In this document: piece after piece, positions 13,401 to 25,200 of the stretch
Position numbering within the stretch: position 1 is the stretch's first letter
How the letters are laid out: the number at the start of each line of letters is the position of its first letter
Source of the DNA: Heteronotia binoei
Lineage: Eukaryota
Assembly (NCBI RefSeq): GCF_032191835.1
Contig: NC_083237.1
Span: 62,141-126,000 of the forward strand
Length of the DNA stretch: 63,860 nt
Reading direction: 5' to 3'
Program-made: the position numbers and the translations under genes
The notes under the pieces: generated by a model
Told to the model about the DNA's origin: nothing
Seen by the model: only the letters and a program-made list of their open reading frames with translations
Database searches by the model: none

Positions 13401-13678
13401 CCTGACTTTGATCTGGCGGGGCCAGGGTGGATCTGAGCATCCGGCATCCCAGAGGATTGGGGGCTGGGCCTGGACTCCCGCCTCCCCAGGGTGGGGCCCA
13501 AAGGACTGGGCAGCAGGCAGGCAGGCAGGGAGGGAGAGGCCGGCTCTGCAGGCAGATAGGCAGGCAGGGCGAGGAGGGCCAAAAGAGTCCTTTCCAAGTG
13601 CCGGGGAGTTTCTGCCGAGCCTTCTGCCTGGGGTCACCCGGGCTCGCTCTCTGTTCTCTCCGTCTCAGCCGAAGAAGG

Positions 13679-15924
13679 ATGAGGCTCCGTTCGGGATGCG
13701 GCCGCTTTCAGGTGCTGTGGGCTGCTGTGGCCGTCTCCATGGCCCTTGGCTTCACCCTCCAGCTCTTGGGAGCCTCCTTGCAGAAAAGGTAACTTTGCCT
13801 TCTCTCCCGGCCCCTCCCTCCGGGGTGGGGGTCCAGCAGTGTGCCCAATGCCCTCCCTCCTTCCGGCTCTTCCCCTGCAGGCTGCTTCCCGTGCCCTGGG
13901 TCCCTGCAGCCCAAGCCGAGGAGGAGGAGGAGGAGGAAGAAGCCGCTCCTCCCAGCCCACCTGCCCCCTGCCAGCCACGCAAACACCTGGTCTTCCTGAA
14001 GACGCACAAGACGGGCAGCAGCACCATAGTCAACCTCCTGCATCGCTTCGGGGACGCACAGGGCCTGCGCTTTGCTCTACCAGCTCGCTACCAGTTCAGC
14101 TACCCCAGCCCGTTCCAGGCCCGGCGGGTGAAAGGATGGCACCTCAAGGGGCACCCCTTTGACATCCTGTGCCACCACATGCGCTTCAGACTGCAAGAGG
14201 TACGGAGGGGAGGGGCGCGGGAGTGGGGGGTTTCGGTGCCATCGGAGGCAGATGCCCCAGAGACCGGCCTCAGTCTGTGCATCACGCGGGAGACTGAGAA
14301 ACAACATTTCCCCTTCTCAGCACATGTGGGTCCCACCCTGCCCTGTCAGGGGCAGCAAACAGTCATTGCGGGGGTGGGGGGGAGCAGCCAGGGCCTCAGT
14401 GGTGCAACCCCCCCCCTCCATAACCTCTCCGGGTCCTCCTTCCAGCCCTGTGTCTGGGGGGGGGGAGGGAGCCAGGGCCTCAGTGGTGCAACCCCCCCCC
14501 CTCCATAGCCTCTCCGGGTCCTCCTTCCAGCCCTGTGTCTGGGTGGGGGGGAGCCAGGGCCTCAGTGGTGCAACCCCCCCCTCCATAACCTCTCAGGGTC
14601 CTCCTTCCAGCCCTGTGTCTGGGGGGGGGGGGAGCCAGGGCCTCAGTGGTGCAACCCCCCCCCCTCCATAACCTCTCAGGGTCCTCCTTCCAGCCCTGTG
14701 TCTGGGGGGGGGAGCCAGGGCCTCAGTGGTGCAACCCCCCCCCCTCCATAGCCTCTCCGGGTCCTCCTTCCAGCTCTGTGTCTGGGGGAGGGGAGAGTCC
14801 CTTGCAGGGGAGAGTCTGAGGAGTTGCTCCTTCCAGCCACTGTGTCTGAGAAGGGCTGGGAGGTGCTGCTTCCAAATCCCCCTCCCAGGGGAGCTCACTG
14901 GGTGACCTTGGGCCAGAGGCCCACTCACGGAGCCTTGCCTACCCCCCAGGGTTGTTGTGAAGATTAGCAGGGAGAGGGGAGGAGGGAGAACCTTTTCCAG
15001 AGCTCGTTCAAGGAGGGGAGGGGCTGGAAGGCCGAAGAACAAGGGGTGTTCTCTGCCCCCGCCTTCCACCGCTCATTCCCGGATCTCCCTCCGCAGGTCC
15101 AGAAAGTCGTGCACCCTGACAGTTTCTACTTCTCTATTGTGCGGGACCCAGTGGCCTTGGCAGAATCGGCCTTCTCTTATTACCGGGGCGTGGCACCTGC
15201 TTTCCGCCGTGCTGGCACCCTTTCTGACTTCCTGGCATCCCCACACCACTTCTACCAGCCTGGGGAGCGAGGCAGCCACTATGCCCGCAACCTGCTCTGG
15301 TTTGACTTCGGCCTGGACCCACCCACCAGCCCTGGCTCAGCTGCGATCAAAGCCACTCTTGAAGAACTGGAGCACATCTTTCATCTCGTGCTGCTCACAG
15401 AACACATGGACGAGTCGCTGGTCCTCCTGCGCCATGCCCTCTGCTGGACCCTGGATGACGTGGTGGCTTTCAGCCACAACCTGCGTAGCCCAGGGTCTGT
15501 GTCTGCGCTGGAGCCCAGCATTGCTGCCCGACTGCGGGCCTGGAACTACCTCGACTGGCAGCTCTACACCCACTTCAACCGCACCTTCTGGGCCCGGGTG
15601 GAGCACTTTGGCTATGCCCGCATGGCCCGGGAGACAGCTGTGCTCCAGAAGCGCCGGGCAGAGCTGATGCAGCATTGCTTGCAGGGTGGGGGTCCCCTGG
15701 AGCCGGGAAACATCACCGATGAGCGCGTTCGCCCCTTCCAGTTTGGTCAGGCTCCGATCCTAGGCTATGCCCTGCGGCCTGGCCTGGCTCCCCAAGACCA
15801 GGGTGTGTGCCTGCGTATGGTCACCCCTGAGCTCCAGTACAAGGACCTCCTGGATGCCAAGCAGTTTCCTGCACCCCCCAGGCCAGGCAACGGCTCCCAG
15901 CGGCTCCTTGGGGCAGTGAGGTAG
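13679..15924 (+). CDS. GAL3ST4: Galactose-3-O-sulfotransferase 4 (3 coding exons, 418 aa)
   Basis: Exons 13679-13788, 13881-14199 and 15097-15924 with GT-AG junctions and consistent phase. N-terminal TM (MALGFTLQLLG), FLKTHKTGSST PAPS-binding loop, FSIVRDP, YARNLLWFDFGL, TPELQYKDLLDAKQFP. Confidence 0.96.
14380..14795. repeat. ~62-bp intronic minisatellite in GAL3ST4
   Basis: About 6-7 units of gggagccagggcctcagtggtgcaacccccccctccataacctctc(a/c)gggtcctccttccagccctgtgtctggggg. Confidence 0.9.
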
Positions 15925-16859
15925 CCTGGGCAGGCCTGTGGCCACCGTGGACGTTGGGCGGACTGGAAACCTCCTCTGCACTTGGCCACAGGATTTTGCC
16001 TGAGAAGCGCCATGGCAGAGGCCGTGGGGGGGAGGGGCAGACTGCTTTGGAAGCTTGTTTGTGAATGCAACTTGTCGCCATGCCTGTGTTAAGCCTGCCC
16101 TCTCCCAGCAGAGTGGCATTGCAATCTTCCACCTGTGGGAACCCTGAATCAAGGGCCAGTCTGCTGTGGCACTGGCACCAGGTACCTGAGCAAGTCAGAA
16201 GTGTTTGGGGGGGGGGCGGAGGAAGGATGCGGTCACACTCTCCACGTGCAGAGGACAGGTGCATGGAAGCAAATCCATGAGAGGCCTTCAAGGAAGGCAG
16301 AAGGTCCCTGTCAGGAGCAGAAATGAAATGCCACTCCAAATCAAAATAGGCTGTCCTTTCGGAAAATGTCAAGGGTGTGGCTCTGGGGCACACGTGGCTT
16401 CCCCACCCATCACCTGCCATGTCTGCCATGCTGGAACAGCTGGGTTTGAGCCCAGGAACACCTGAGAGACCAACTGCTGCCATCACACCCTGGTTTCTGG
16501 CCAAGGGAGCCTTGATGCGCAGAATCTGAATCCAGCTCCCCTACGGCAGACCCACACGGCTGTGCTTGGAAACTACCCTCTTGTGTTGGGCTGCCCAGGA
16601 TGCAGCGGTTGGGGTCACACGGGCAAGCAAATGGGGGGGCGCTTCTCCCAGCAGTGCCTCTGAGCTCCCTCCATGCCGCTCACACTCTCTCATGCCGCCC
16701 CCCCCCCCCCCAGCTTGCACCACACAGGCTGCTCTGCCCTCCTTTTCTGATAAGCTCAGAGCAGGCAGCCTTTTGCACAAAGGGCTCAGTCGTAGACATG
16801 CAGCCTCCGTGCCTTCCTCCTCTTCACTCAGTGAGAACAGATCCACACGTGTCCCTTGA

Positions 16860-17230
16860 GTGTTTTAACAATTTATTAATAACATATGGTTACAATGTTT
16901 AATTATATCTTTTCTATCTCTAACCCATATGATGTTTTCTATCCCCCTCCCTCCGTTGCTAGACTTACCCCGAAGTTATATATTGAAGTCCAATTATAAA
17001 GGTATCCCTAACCCATCAAAGTTCAATGTCTTTTTCTTCTCATTCATATTAAAAAATTGTCCAATGTCTTTTCACGTTCCACTCTAACTGTATATATCTT
17101 TTAAATTTCTTCCGCTCCTTTTTAAACACTTCCAAATCATAGTCTCTCAAAGTTCTTGTTAGTTTATCCATCTCACTCCACGATAAAACTTTCACTATCC
17201 ATCTCACTCCACGATAAAACAGTTTTGAAT
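16860..17230 (-). mobile_element. L1-like LINE 3' end fragment
   Basis: Minus frame WIVKVLSWSEMDKLTRTLRDYDLEVFKKERKKFKRYI resembles the squamate L1 ORF2 C-terminus, followed by an A/T-rich 3' end. Confidence 0.6.
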
Positions 17231-19235
17231 GCCCTTCTGGCCTGACGGAGGCAGTGTTCCCTCTAAGCTGTGGAGTCCCTCCCTCCCTCCCTTTGCACTG
17301 CCTAGCAGATACCACTGAGGGAGGGAGACGGAGAGGGCACCGTGGCAGTGCCATGATGGGCCATGGACTGAGCAGGCATACTCAAGGTGCTTTGCCCAGG
17401 AGGGCAGGGGCAGCAGTCAAATCCTGCACAGAAACAAAGGTCTGGACTGGGAGCCCCCCAGGATTCAACGGGACCCTCATTTCCAAGTAGCTGCACATTG
17501 GATCAGGATGCAAGACAAACTCCTCCTTGCCCCCGCTAGAGGGATAACGGCCCTGCTCCACCTTCTTGCAGGGCGGTCATCAGGGCCGGCCATCGCCTAG
17601 GGTGCCAGCCTTCTGGGGGCACCAAACTGGGCACCCTCCGTGTGACTTGGTGATGTTATCTGGGGGGGGGGGCGCACCAGAAGGTAGCCTTGCCTGGGGG
17701 GCAGACAGTCTAGGGCCAGTCCTGGATGTCATGCAGACATGGCTGTGTGTGTCCAAACATACACCTGCTGATGCTGTGCCTTAGCCTCGCTGAAGAGGCT
17801 GTTTGGGGAAATGGAACAGACCCCTGAGGCTGCCTCCAGACCATGCTTCCTTCCTCCTCCTTCCCTTCCTGTACCACTCTGCCATAATAAAGCCTTGTAA
17901 CGTTTACTAAAATGCCCTCCTGGACAGTTCTGATTTGCAGAAAGAGATTCACCTGAGAGCCCCCCAACCTCCTCAGGTAGGCTGTTCCCGTGAGGTGGGG
18001 CCCACTACAGAGAAGGCCCAGCTGTCCGGGCAGTTGCTGCCCTTGCTCCTTTGCAGGGTGGCACCCACAAAGGCCTGCATAAATGGGGGGGGGGGAGGCC
18101 AGAAAGGGGCCTGAACTGATGGGCAGCCAGGATGGGGGGGGGGAAGGGGAGTGGTAATTGCTATTTTTAAAAGCCTGCAGAGCCCTCCAGGGACTGGGGG
18201 AGGGGCTGAGGCAAGGCACATGGCACCCATAGGGGTGGGGCCTTCAAAATGCACCCCTTCCTAACTAGGCAAAGACAGAATGCCTTTTCTGAGGGCAGAG
18301 GGGTTTTCTGCCTCCCCCCCTCCCACAGCAGCCTCCTGATCGCCAAGAAGTGCCCCCCCTCCCTGGGGCAGAGTAGGGCATTGTGGGGGGAGGTCTCTGC
18401 TAGGGTTGGAAATGCCTGGAGACTTTGGGGGTGGATGCTGGGGAGCGGAGGGGCCTCAGCAGGTTCCAATGCCAGAGCACCCCCCCCCCCTTTAAAGCAG
18501 CCATTTTCTCCCGGGAGCTGGTCTCTGCCAGCTAGAGATCAGCTGTAAAAGCGGAAGTTCTCCAGGCCCCACCTGGAGGCTGGCAACCCAGAGGGAGTCA
18601 GTGGGAACTGCCGTCTTCCCCAGCAGGCGGACTTCAGCAGAGGGGGGCAGGGGGCGTGTGATGGGGGGAGCTGCAGTCGAGGAAAACTGAAGCGTCCGAA
18701 GCGCTAAAGAGGGGATAGTCGCCCCCCCCCCCCGAAGAGCCTTGCCAGCCTCTGCCCCGCGGGGAGAAGGTGAACGTCCACCACCGGCGAGCGGGCGGGG
18801 CGCCGAGACCCGGGCAACTCCGCGGGAGCCAGCCAGTCCCTCGACCGTGCGGCCTCCCTTCCCCGCCCCCCCCCTTTCTGGCGGCCCCTTCCGTGACCCC
18901 GGCTGCTCACTGCGCCGGCGGGGGGGCGCCGTTCTCGCGCGAAACCCCCAGGAAGGGCCCGCAAGCGGGGGGGGGGGAGGTGTGCCACCGCCAGGCTCGC
19001 CGCTCTTCCTCCTCCTGCTCGGGGGGGGGGGGAGGGCGGCTCCTCAGAGGGACCGCCCCCCCCTCCCGCCTCCTCTGCAGCCTCACTTCCTTCCTTCCTT
19101 TCCTTCCGCCCATGCCGGGCTCCCCCCTCCCCTCCCCTCCCCTCCCCACCCCACCCGGCGGCTTCTGCTGCTGCTGCTCCCGGCGCGCCCTCCCGCCCCT
19201 CCCCGCATCCAGCCCGCGGCGGTCCGGCCGGCCCG

Positions 19236-22200
19236 ATGGAGTCGCAGTGCGACTACTTCATGTACTTCCGGCCGTGCCCTTCCCGGCGGGCGAGGCGCTC
19301 TCGGCTGAGCCGGGCCGCTACCGAGCCCTGCCGCGCCGCAACCACCTCTACCTGGGCGAGACGGTCCGCTTCCTGCTGGTGCTCCGCTGCCGCCCCCCCG
19401 CCAGCAGCAGCAGCAGCGGCGGCGCCCCCCGCCGCCCTGGGGGGAGCTGGCCGGCTCCCTGGCCGCCCTTGGCCAGCATCAGCCCCGCCGCCGCGCCCCC
19501 GCAGACGACCAGGCGGCGCCCCCCGGCCACAGCGCCGCCCAGCAAGAGGAGGCGCGCTTCCGCCGCTGCCCGCCCCTCCTGACCCACGGCGGGCCCCCGG
19601 CGGGGAGACCGGCGGCAGGCGTAAGCGGGGCTCGGAGCGGGGGGGAGGGGAGGGGGGAGGCCGCCGAGCAGCGCCCTGACGCCCCCCTCCCTCCCTCCCT
19701 CCCCGCAGGTGCCCCTCGAAGAGCCCATCGTCTCCCCCGAGGAGGTGATCTTCCCGCTGACGGTCTCCCTGGACAGGCTGCCCCCCAGCACCACCAAGGC
19801 CAAGGTAAGCCCCCCGCCCCGTCGCCCCCGCAGGCGGGGAGAGAGAGAGAGCCAGCCGCCCACCGCCCCTTCCCTCCCCTCCCCCCAGATCGTGGTGACC
19901 GTCTGGAAACGGGACCAAGAGAAAGCGGAGGTGCGGGAGCGCGGCTACTTGCGCATCCTGCAGGATCGCGCCCCTTCGCAGACCTTCCGCGAGGAGCAGG
20001 GAGCCTTCAAGGCACAAGGTGAGTCTCCGGGCTGGAGCAGCCGCGCCCCCGCCCCGCGGGGGGGAGGGGGGAGGAGGCCTGGCCTTGACCGTGGCGCTTT
20101 TGTCCCCCCCCCCCCCCCGTCCTGCAGTGAGCACCTTGCTGACGGTCCTGCCTCCCCCGGAGCTGAAATGTCAACAGTGCCACGTGTCCGGGAAACACCT
20201 GACGGTCCTGAAAGGTGGGTGGCGCTGGCCCCAGGGGAGGAGCAGGGCCGGGGGCTGCTCCTCCGCCTTCTGGGCTCTGGAGGGGGCTGGTGGGGGAGAC
20301 GGCGTGCCCCCCCCCCCGCCCAGCCCTCAACCCCCATCTTTGCCCTGGCAGTTCTGAACGCCGCCTCCCAGGAGGACCTCTCTGTGTGGGACGTGCGGAT
20401 CCTACCCAATTTCAACGCCAGTTACCTCCCCATGATGCCCGACGGGTCTGTCTTGCTAGTGGACGATGTCTGGTAAGAGGGGAGGTGGGGGGGCAGGGGC
20501 GGGCTTCCTGGTTTGCACTTCCTCAAGCAGCCCCTCCCCCCCGCCTGCCTCTAAGGGTTGGGGGAGGGAAGAGGATAAAAGGCCCCGGGCCCCTCCCTCC
20601 CTGTCTTGGCGCCCCTGTCACGTGCTCCCAATCCTCACAAAGCCCAGGAGCAAAGGGGGCGGGGGGGCAGCCCGGCTGTGGCCCCAGAGGAGAAGCTGGA
20701 GCACTGGCAAATGACGCCCCACGGAGAGAGCGGCCCCCGTAGGAGATGTGCCCTAGAGAGCGCGACCTCCCTTCAGGGCTCCCGATGGGGTCTCACCAGC
20801 AGCCTAGGAAACAAGATGCTGCTGGAGGGACTGTCTCCTGTCTGATTGGGCTGCGTTCTGGGGCTTTTCCACCGGCAACTGCCAGGTCAGCATGCAGGCC
20901 TTTTTCTCATTGGCTGCCTGGGCCCCTTCCCTCTGTCACCTCCCGGGGCTCAGTCCTGTGCCTCTGCCCTGCTGCCCCCGAAGGCAGTGGCCGACCCAGC
21001 ATGCACCTGGGTTGCCCTCTCTGCCAGCTCCAGGGGGAAGGGAGCGGCCTCACCCTCAAAGTGCCCTGGGCCCAGGGAGGAGGAGCTGCTCCCGGCAAGA
21101 GCACGCCTGTAGGGACAGTGGGCCGGGGAGGGGCCAGGCCAACCTTTCAACCCCGCCCTCCACTGGAGGGCCCCCAGTGTGTCCCTCTGCTCAAGTGGTC
21201 TCATTGCTGCCTCTCTGCTGCGGGGGGGGGGGGGGCTCATAAGAAAGGGGTGGGCAGAGCAAAGCTGCTGTGAGTGCCCAGACAAAGGGAGGTTAGCTTG
21301 TGGGACTCAAGGCAGCTTTCAGTGCGGAGAGCCCTGGGCTGCCAAACCCAGTAGCACCTCCCCCCCCCCCGCCCCTCTACCAAAAAATCCTGCTGTGTGC
21401 CCCACCAAACATGAAATCCTGGCTACGGCCCTGGGGGGGAGCAGGGCCACTGCAAGCCAGCAGACTTCTCACTGCAGCTACGGCACTGGCAGCTCCCATG
21501 CTGTGCCTTTGCCCACCAGCGCACCTTTTCCCAAGCTGCTGAGGATCTGCGCAGGCAGGTGGGGAGGAGGGAGGGAGGAAGGCAGGCGGGCCGAGCCAGC
21601 ACCCCGGGGCTCACAGCAGAGGCAGCTTCTTGCTTGCTCTGTGCCCCCCTGCTGCACCCGCCACGTGCCCTGGAAGCCATGCCCAACGATCTCTGTGGGA
21701 GGGAGTGCTGACTCCGTGGCCAGGCTGGGTGTGGGGGGGGCCTGAGAGCGCCGAGTGAGCCTCCAAAGGGGGGGCCAGGCTGGGGGGGGCTGAGAGCTTC
21801 TGGGGCAGACACAGGGCCTGGGTGCAAAACTCTGCCAGCTGCATCATGCCACCTCTTCAAGTGTTCACTCAAATTTAGTGAAAGAACTAAACACAGATAT
21901 AAATAAAGACTGAAAAGATCTTTTTTAAAAAATGATTTGTTGGGGAAAAGTTAATTTTTATTTCATTACGAAATGTAAAAGGAAGATAGAAGCATCAAAT
22001 GCAATAACATTTTAATTGTGTGGCAATGCAATCATGGCATTCACTGTTTCATGACATCGGTGTGGGTTGCTGCTGTGCTGGGCTGAAGTCAGAGTCCACC
22101 CAGGCGCCTGGAAGGCCAACCTAGTTCAATTCAAGGCAGGTGCTTGCACACGGAGGTTTTCCGTTGCTTTGACTGCTTGCAGCAGCAGGCGCCAGGTTCT

Positions 22201-25200
22201 CCCGTGCCTTCAGAAGGCCTGAGAGATGAATGGGGCTCAGAGTGACAGGCGGCAGCTGGCCACGAAGCCCCCAGACTGGGGGGCGGAGGCTGCTGCGAGT
22301 AATTCCTTAGCCCCCGCTGGAACCAGAATCCTGGCCGCAGGAGCCTTCGGGGTCTGATGTGGCACTTTATGCTCACAGAAGACACAGTGAGCCGTGACTC
22401 ATGACAGCTCATACCCCACCACCCCCTTTTGTTAGCCTAGGGCAGGGGTGTCGGACTTGTTTGTTATGAGGCCCAGATCTGACATAAATGAGACCTTGTT
22501 CGCATGGGTCCTGTCTATCATAAAAGGTAATGCCAGGTAGCAGAGAGATATTTTTAAAAGGACACAGACAAACACAAAGATTTTTTTAAAAACTGAAAAT
22601 AAAACATGCTTAAAACATTAGCACCTGTTGGTCTTAAAGGTGCTTTCTTTGTATCTCTCCTGTGCAATCCAGGGAACTGAGCAAAGGAAGCTCTGACTTT
22701 TTCCCTCCCTCCCCAGGGGACGAGGGGGAGGAGCCTCAGCCAGTAGAAGCTTGGCATAGCAGCTCTGCTGTGCAACAGAGAAAGCCTGGCAAAGCAAGCT
22801 CTCCTTCCCCCTCCTCCCCAAGGGAGGAGCCTCAGCCAATGGAAGCATTTTGTGATGCAGAAGGAAGCAAGAGAGGGGGAAGGAAGCAGAGGACAGTGAG
22901 TTACTCAGGGGCCTGATTCAGCCCCACGGGCTGCATATTTGACATCCCTGGTCTAAGGTGTGCCTGGACTCTTACTTTTTCTTCTGAATGTTCAGGTGAA
23001 CAGAGGTGAGGCTTAAAAATGTGACCTTTATCTATATCAAAGTTAATATCAGTCCACACAATTAACCTTCCCTATTAACAGCCTCCAATGACCCTGCCCC
23101 CACCCCATAGGCCTCTCTGGATCCATGCTGCTTCCGGCACTCCACTGTGCCTTGCCCAAACCCACCCCCTTTCCCGCCCCGCCCACCAAACTAGTGTGAG
23201 GAGCAGGGGCTGGGGGCAGATCAGCGCAGGGAGCAAAGGCAGGCTGGGCCTCCCTCTCCTGCCAGCTCGGGGGGGGGGGGGCAGGCGCGGTCTGTTCAGC
23301 CAAACAACCAAAGTCCCAAACTCACTGGTTCACCAGTTGAATGTGAATCAGAAGGGGAGAGTCCTGCTGCATCCAGTTTTTGACTGACTCTCACACCCTG
23401 TGACGACGCAGCTACAGGAAAGGCCGATGCGACTGCAGGCTGCATTTGGGGAGGCCTGTATCCAGGCCGCAGAAGGGGCAGCTGTGCTAGCCTCTTCCAG
23501 GCACTGCATGAACTGGAGTGGGTTCTGAGGAGGGCGGTGAAGCTGGTCAGAGGGTCTGGAAAGTCGGTCTCCTCTGAGGAAAGGTTGAAGGAAGCACACA
23601 CCACGTAGAGCACCAAGCAGAAGACCAAGCGGAGACCCCCGGTTGCCTCCCTCCCTCCCTGCAGGGCCGAGATCCATCCTCTGCTGCGCAAATGGAAGTC
23701 TGGTAATGATGAGCACTGAAGGAGGCACACTGCTGCCACCATGCGCTCAGCCCACCTGGGTCGGTCTTTGTGACTCCTCACAGCATGGCCACCCTGCGCC
23801 GGTTGCGTGCCAACGGGTCGTGGGAGTGGTGGGGCCTCCCTCACTGCTCACCCGTTTCTTGCCCTCCCCACAGCCACCAGTCGGGCGAAGTCTCCATGGC
23901 CTCCTTTTGCCGTGTGGCCTCAGCCGCCTCTGTCTGCCCCTGCTCCCTCCGCGCTCTAGAGGAGCAGAATTTCCTCTTCCAGCTGCAGGCCCCGGAGCAG
24001 CCCCCCCCCAGCACCAAGGAGGTGAGTGTGTGGGGCAGGGTCAGCCTGCTTTGAGTCTGCCTTTCTCACGGAGACACAAGATGGAGTGCGCAGTCAGCCG
24101 GGTGGGATGCAGAAGGATTTGGACTGTAGAAGAAGAAGAAGAAGATATTGGATTTCTATCCCGCCCTCCACTCCGAAGAGTCTCAGAGCGGCTCACAATC
24201 TCCTTTACCTTCCTCCCCCACAACAGACACCCTGTGAGGTGGGTGGGGCTGGAGAGGGCTCTCACAGCAGCTGCCCTTTCAAGGACAACCTCTGCCAGAG
24301 CTATGGCTGACCCAAGGCCATTTCAGCAGGTGCAAGTGGAGGAGTGGGGAATCAAACCCGGTTCTCCCAGATAAGAGTCCGCACACTTAACCACTACACC
24401 AAACTGGCTCTCCCAGTTTGAAAATGGGACCTCACCAGAAATCTGGAACAGGGCTGAAGAGGCAAAAGGTGAAATGATCCAGAAATTAGGATCGTACTTG
24501 CAGCAACAACAGTAGTGCAGACCACAGGCCCTAATCTTTTCCCCAGAGATCTTTCTAAGCCTTTTTTGTTACAGTTCAGCCTGATAGTCTGTGCCAAAAG
24601 GCCCTCTTGATTTCAGTGTTGCATCTTTTGCCAAAAGCCAAGCAGCCTTCCGGACTGCCTCTTGCAGGCTGCTCCATAAGATGTGTGTGGGGGAAGGGTA
24701 ACAGAAGGCGCTCGTCTGGGTGGCGGCTGTGGAATGTGCTCATCTGGAGGCTGGTACCTGCAGCAGGCCCTGGGCAGATGAGTCCCGCTGCCTGGTGGGG
24801 GTGGGGGGGAGGCTCCAGAACTCTCGAGGGCCTTGCATTGAAGCCAGTAACTGAAGGGCTGCAGCTGGGTGCAGTTTGCATGCCTGCAGCAGCTGAGCTG
24901 TAGTGTCTGTATTGACTGGAGCAGGGAGGGCCAAACTGTGGCTCTTGAAGCCCCCACGGCCCTGTAGGCCGGCTTGGAGAAGGCATTTGTCTCTTTGAAT
25001 CACTGCTCCAAGCCAAGGCAGCTGGCAGCCTGGATGATGCATTTAAAGTTCCTTTCTTTCTACCTCTCCCACTCCATCTATTAGCTTTCCTCCCTCTCTT
25101 CCTTCCTGTCTTGTGGCTCTCAGACATTTGACCTTCATGTCTTGCGGCTCTCAGACATCTGATGTTCATGTCTTGCGGCTCTCAAACATCTGCCGTTTAT

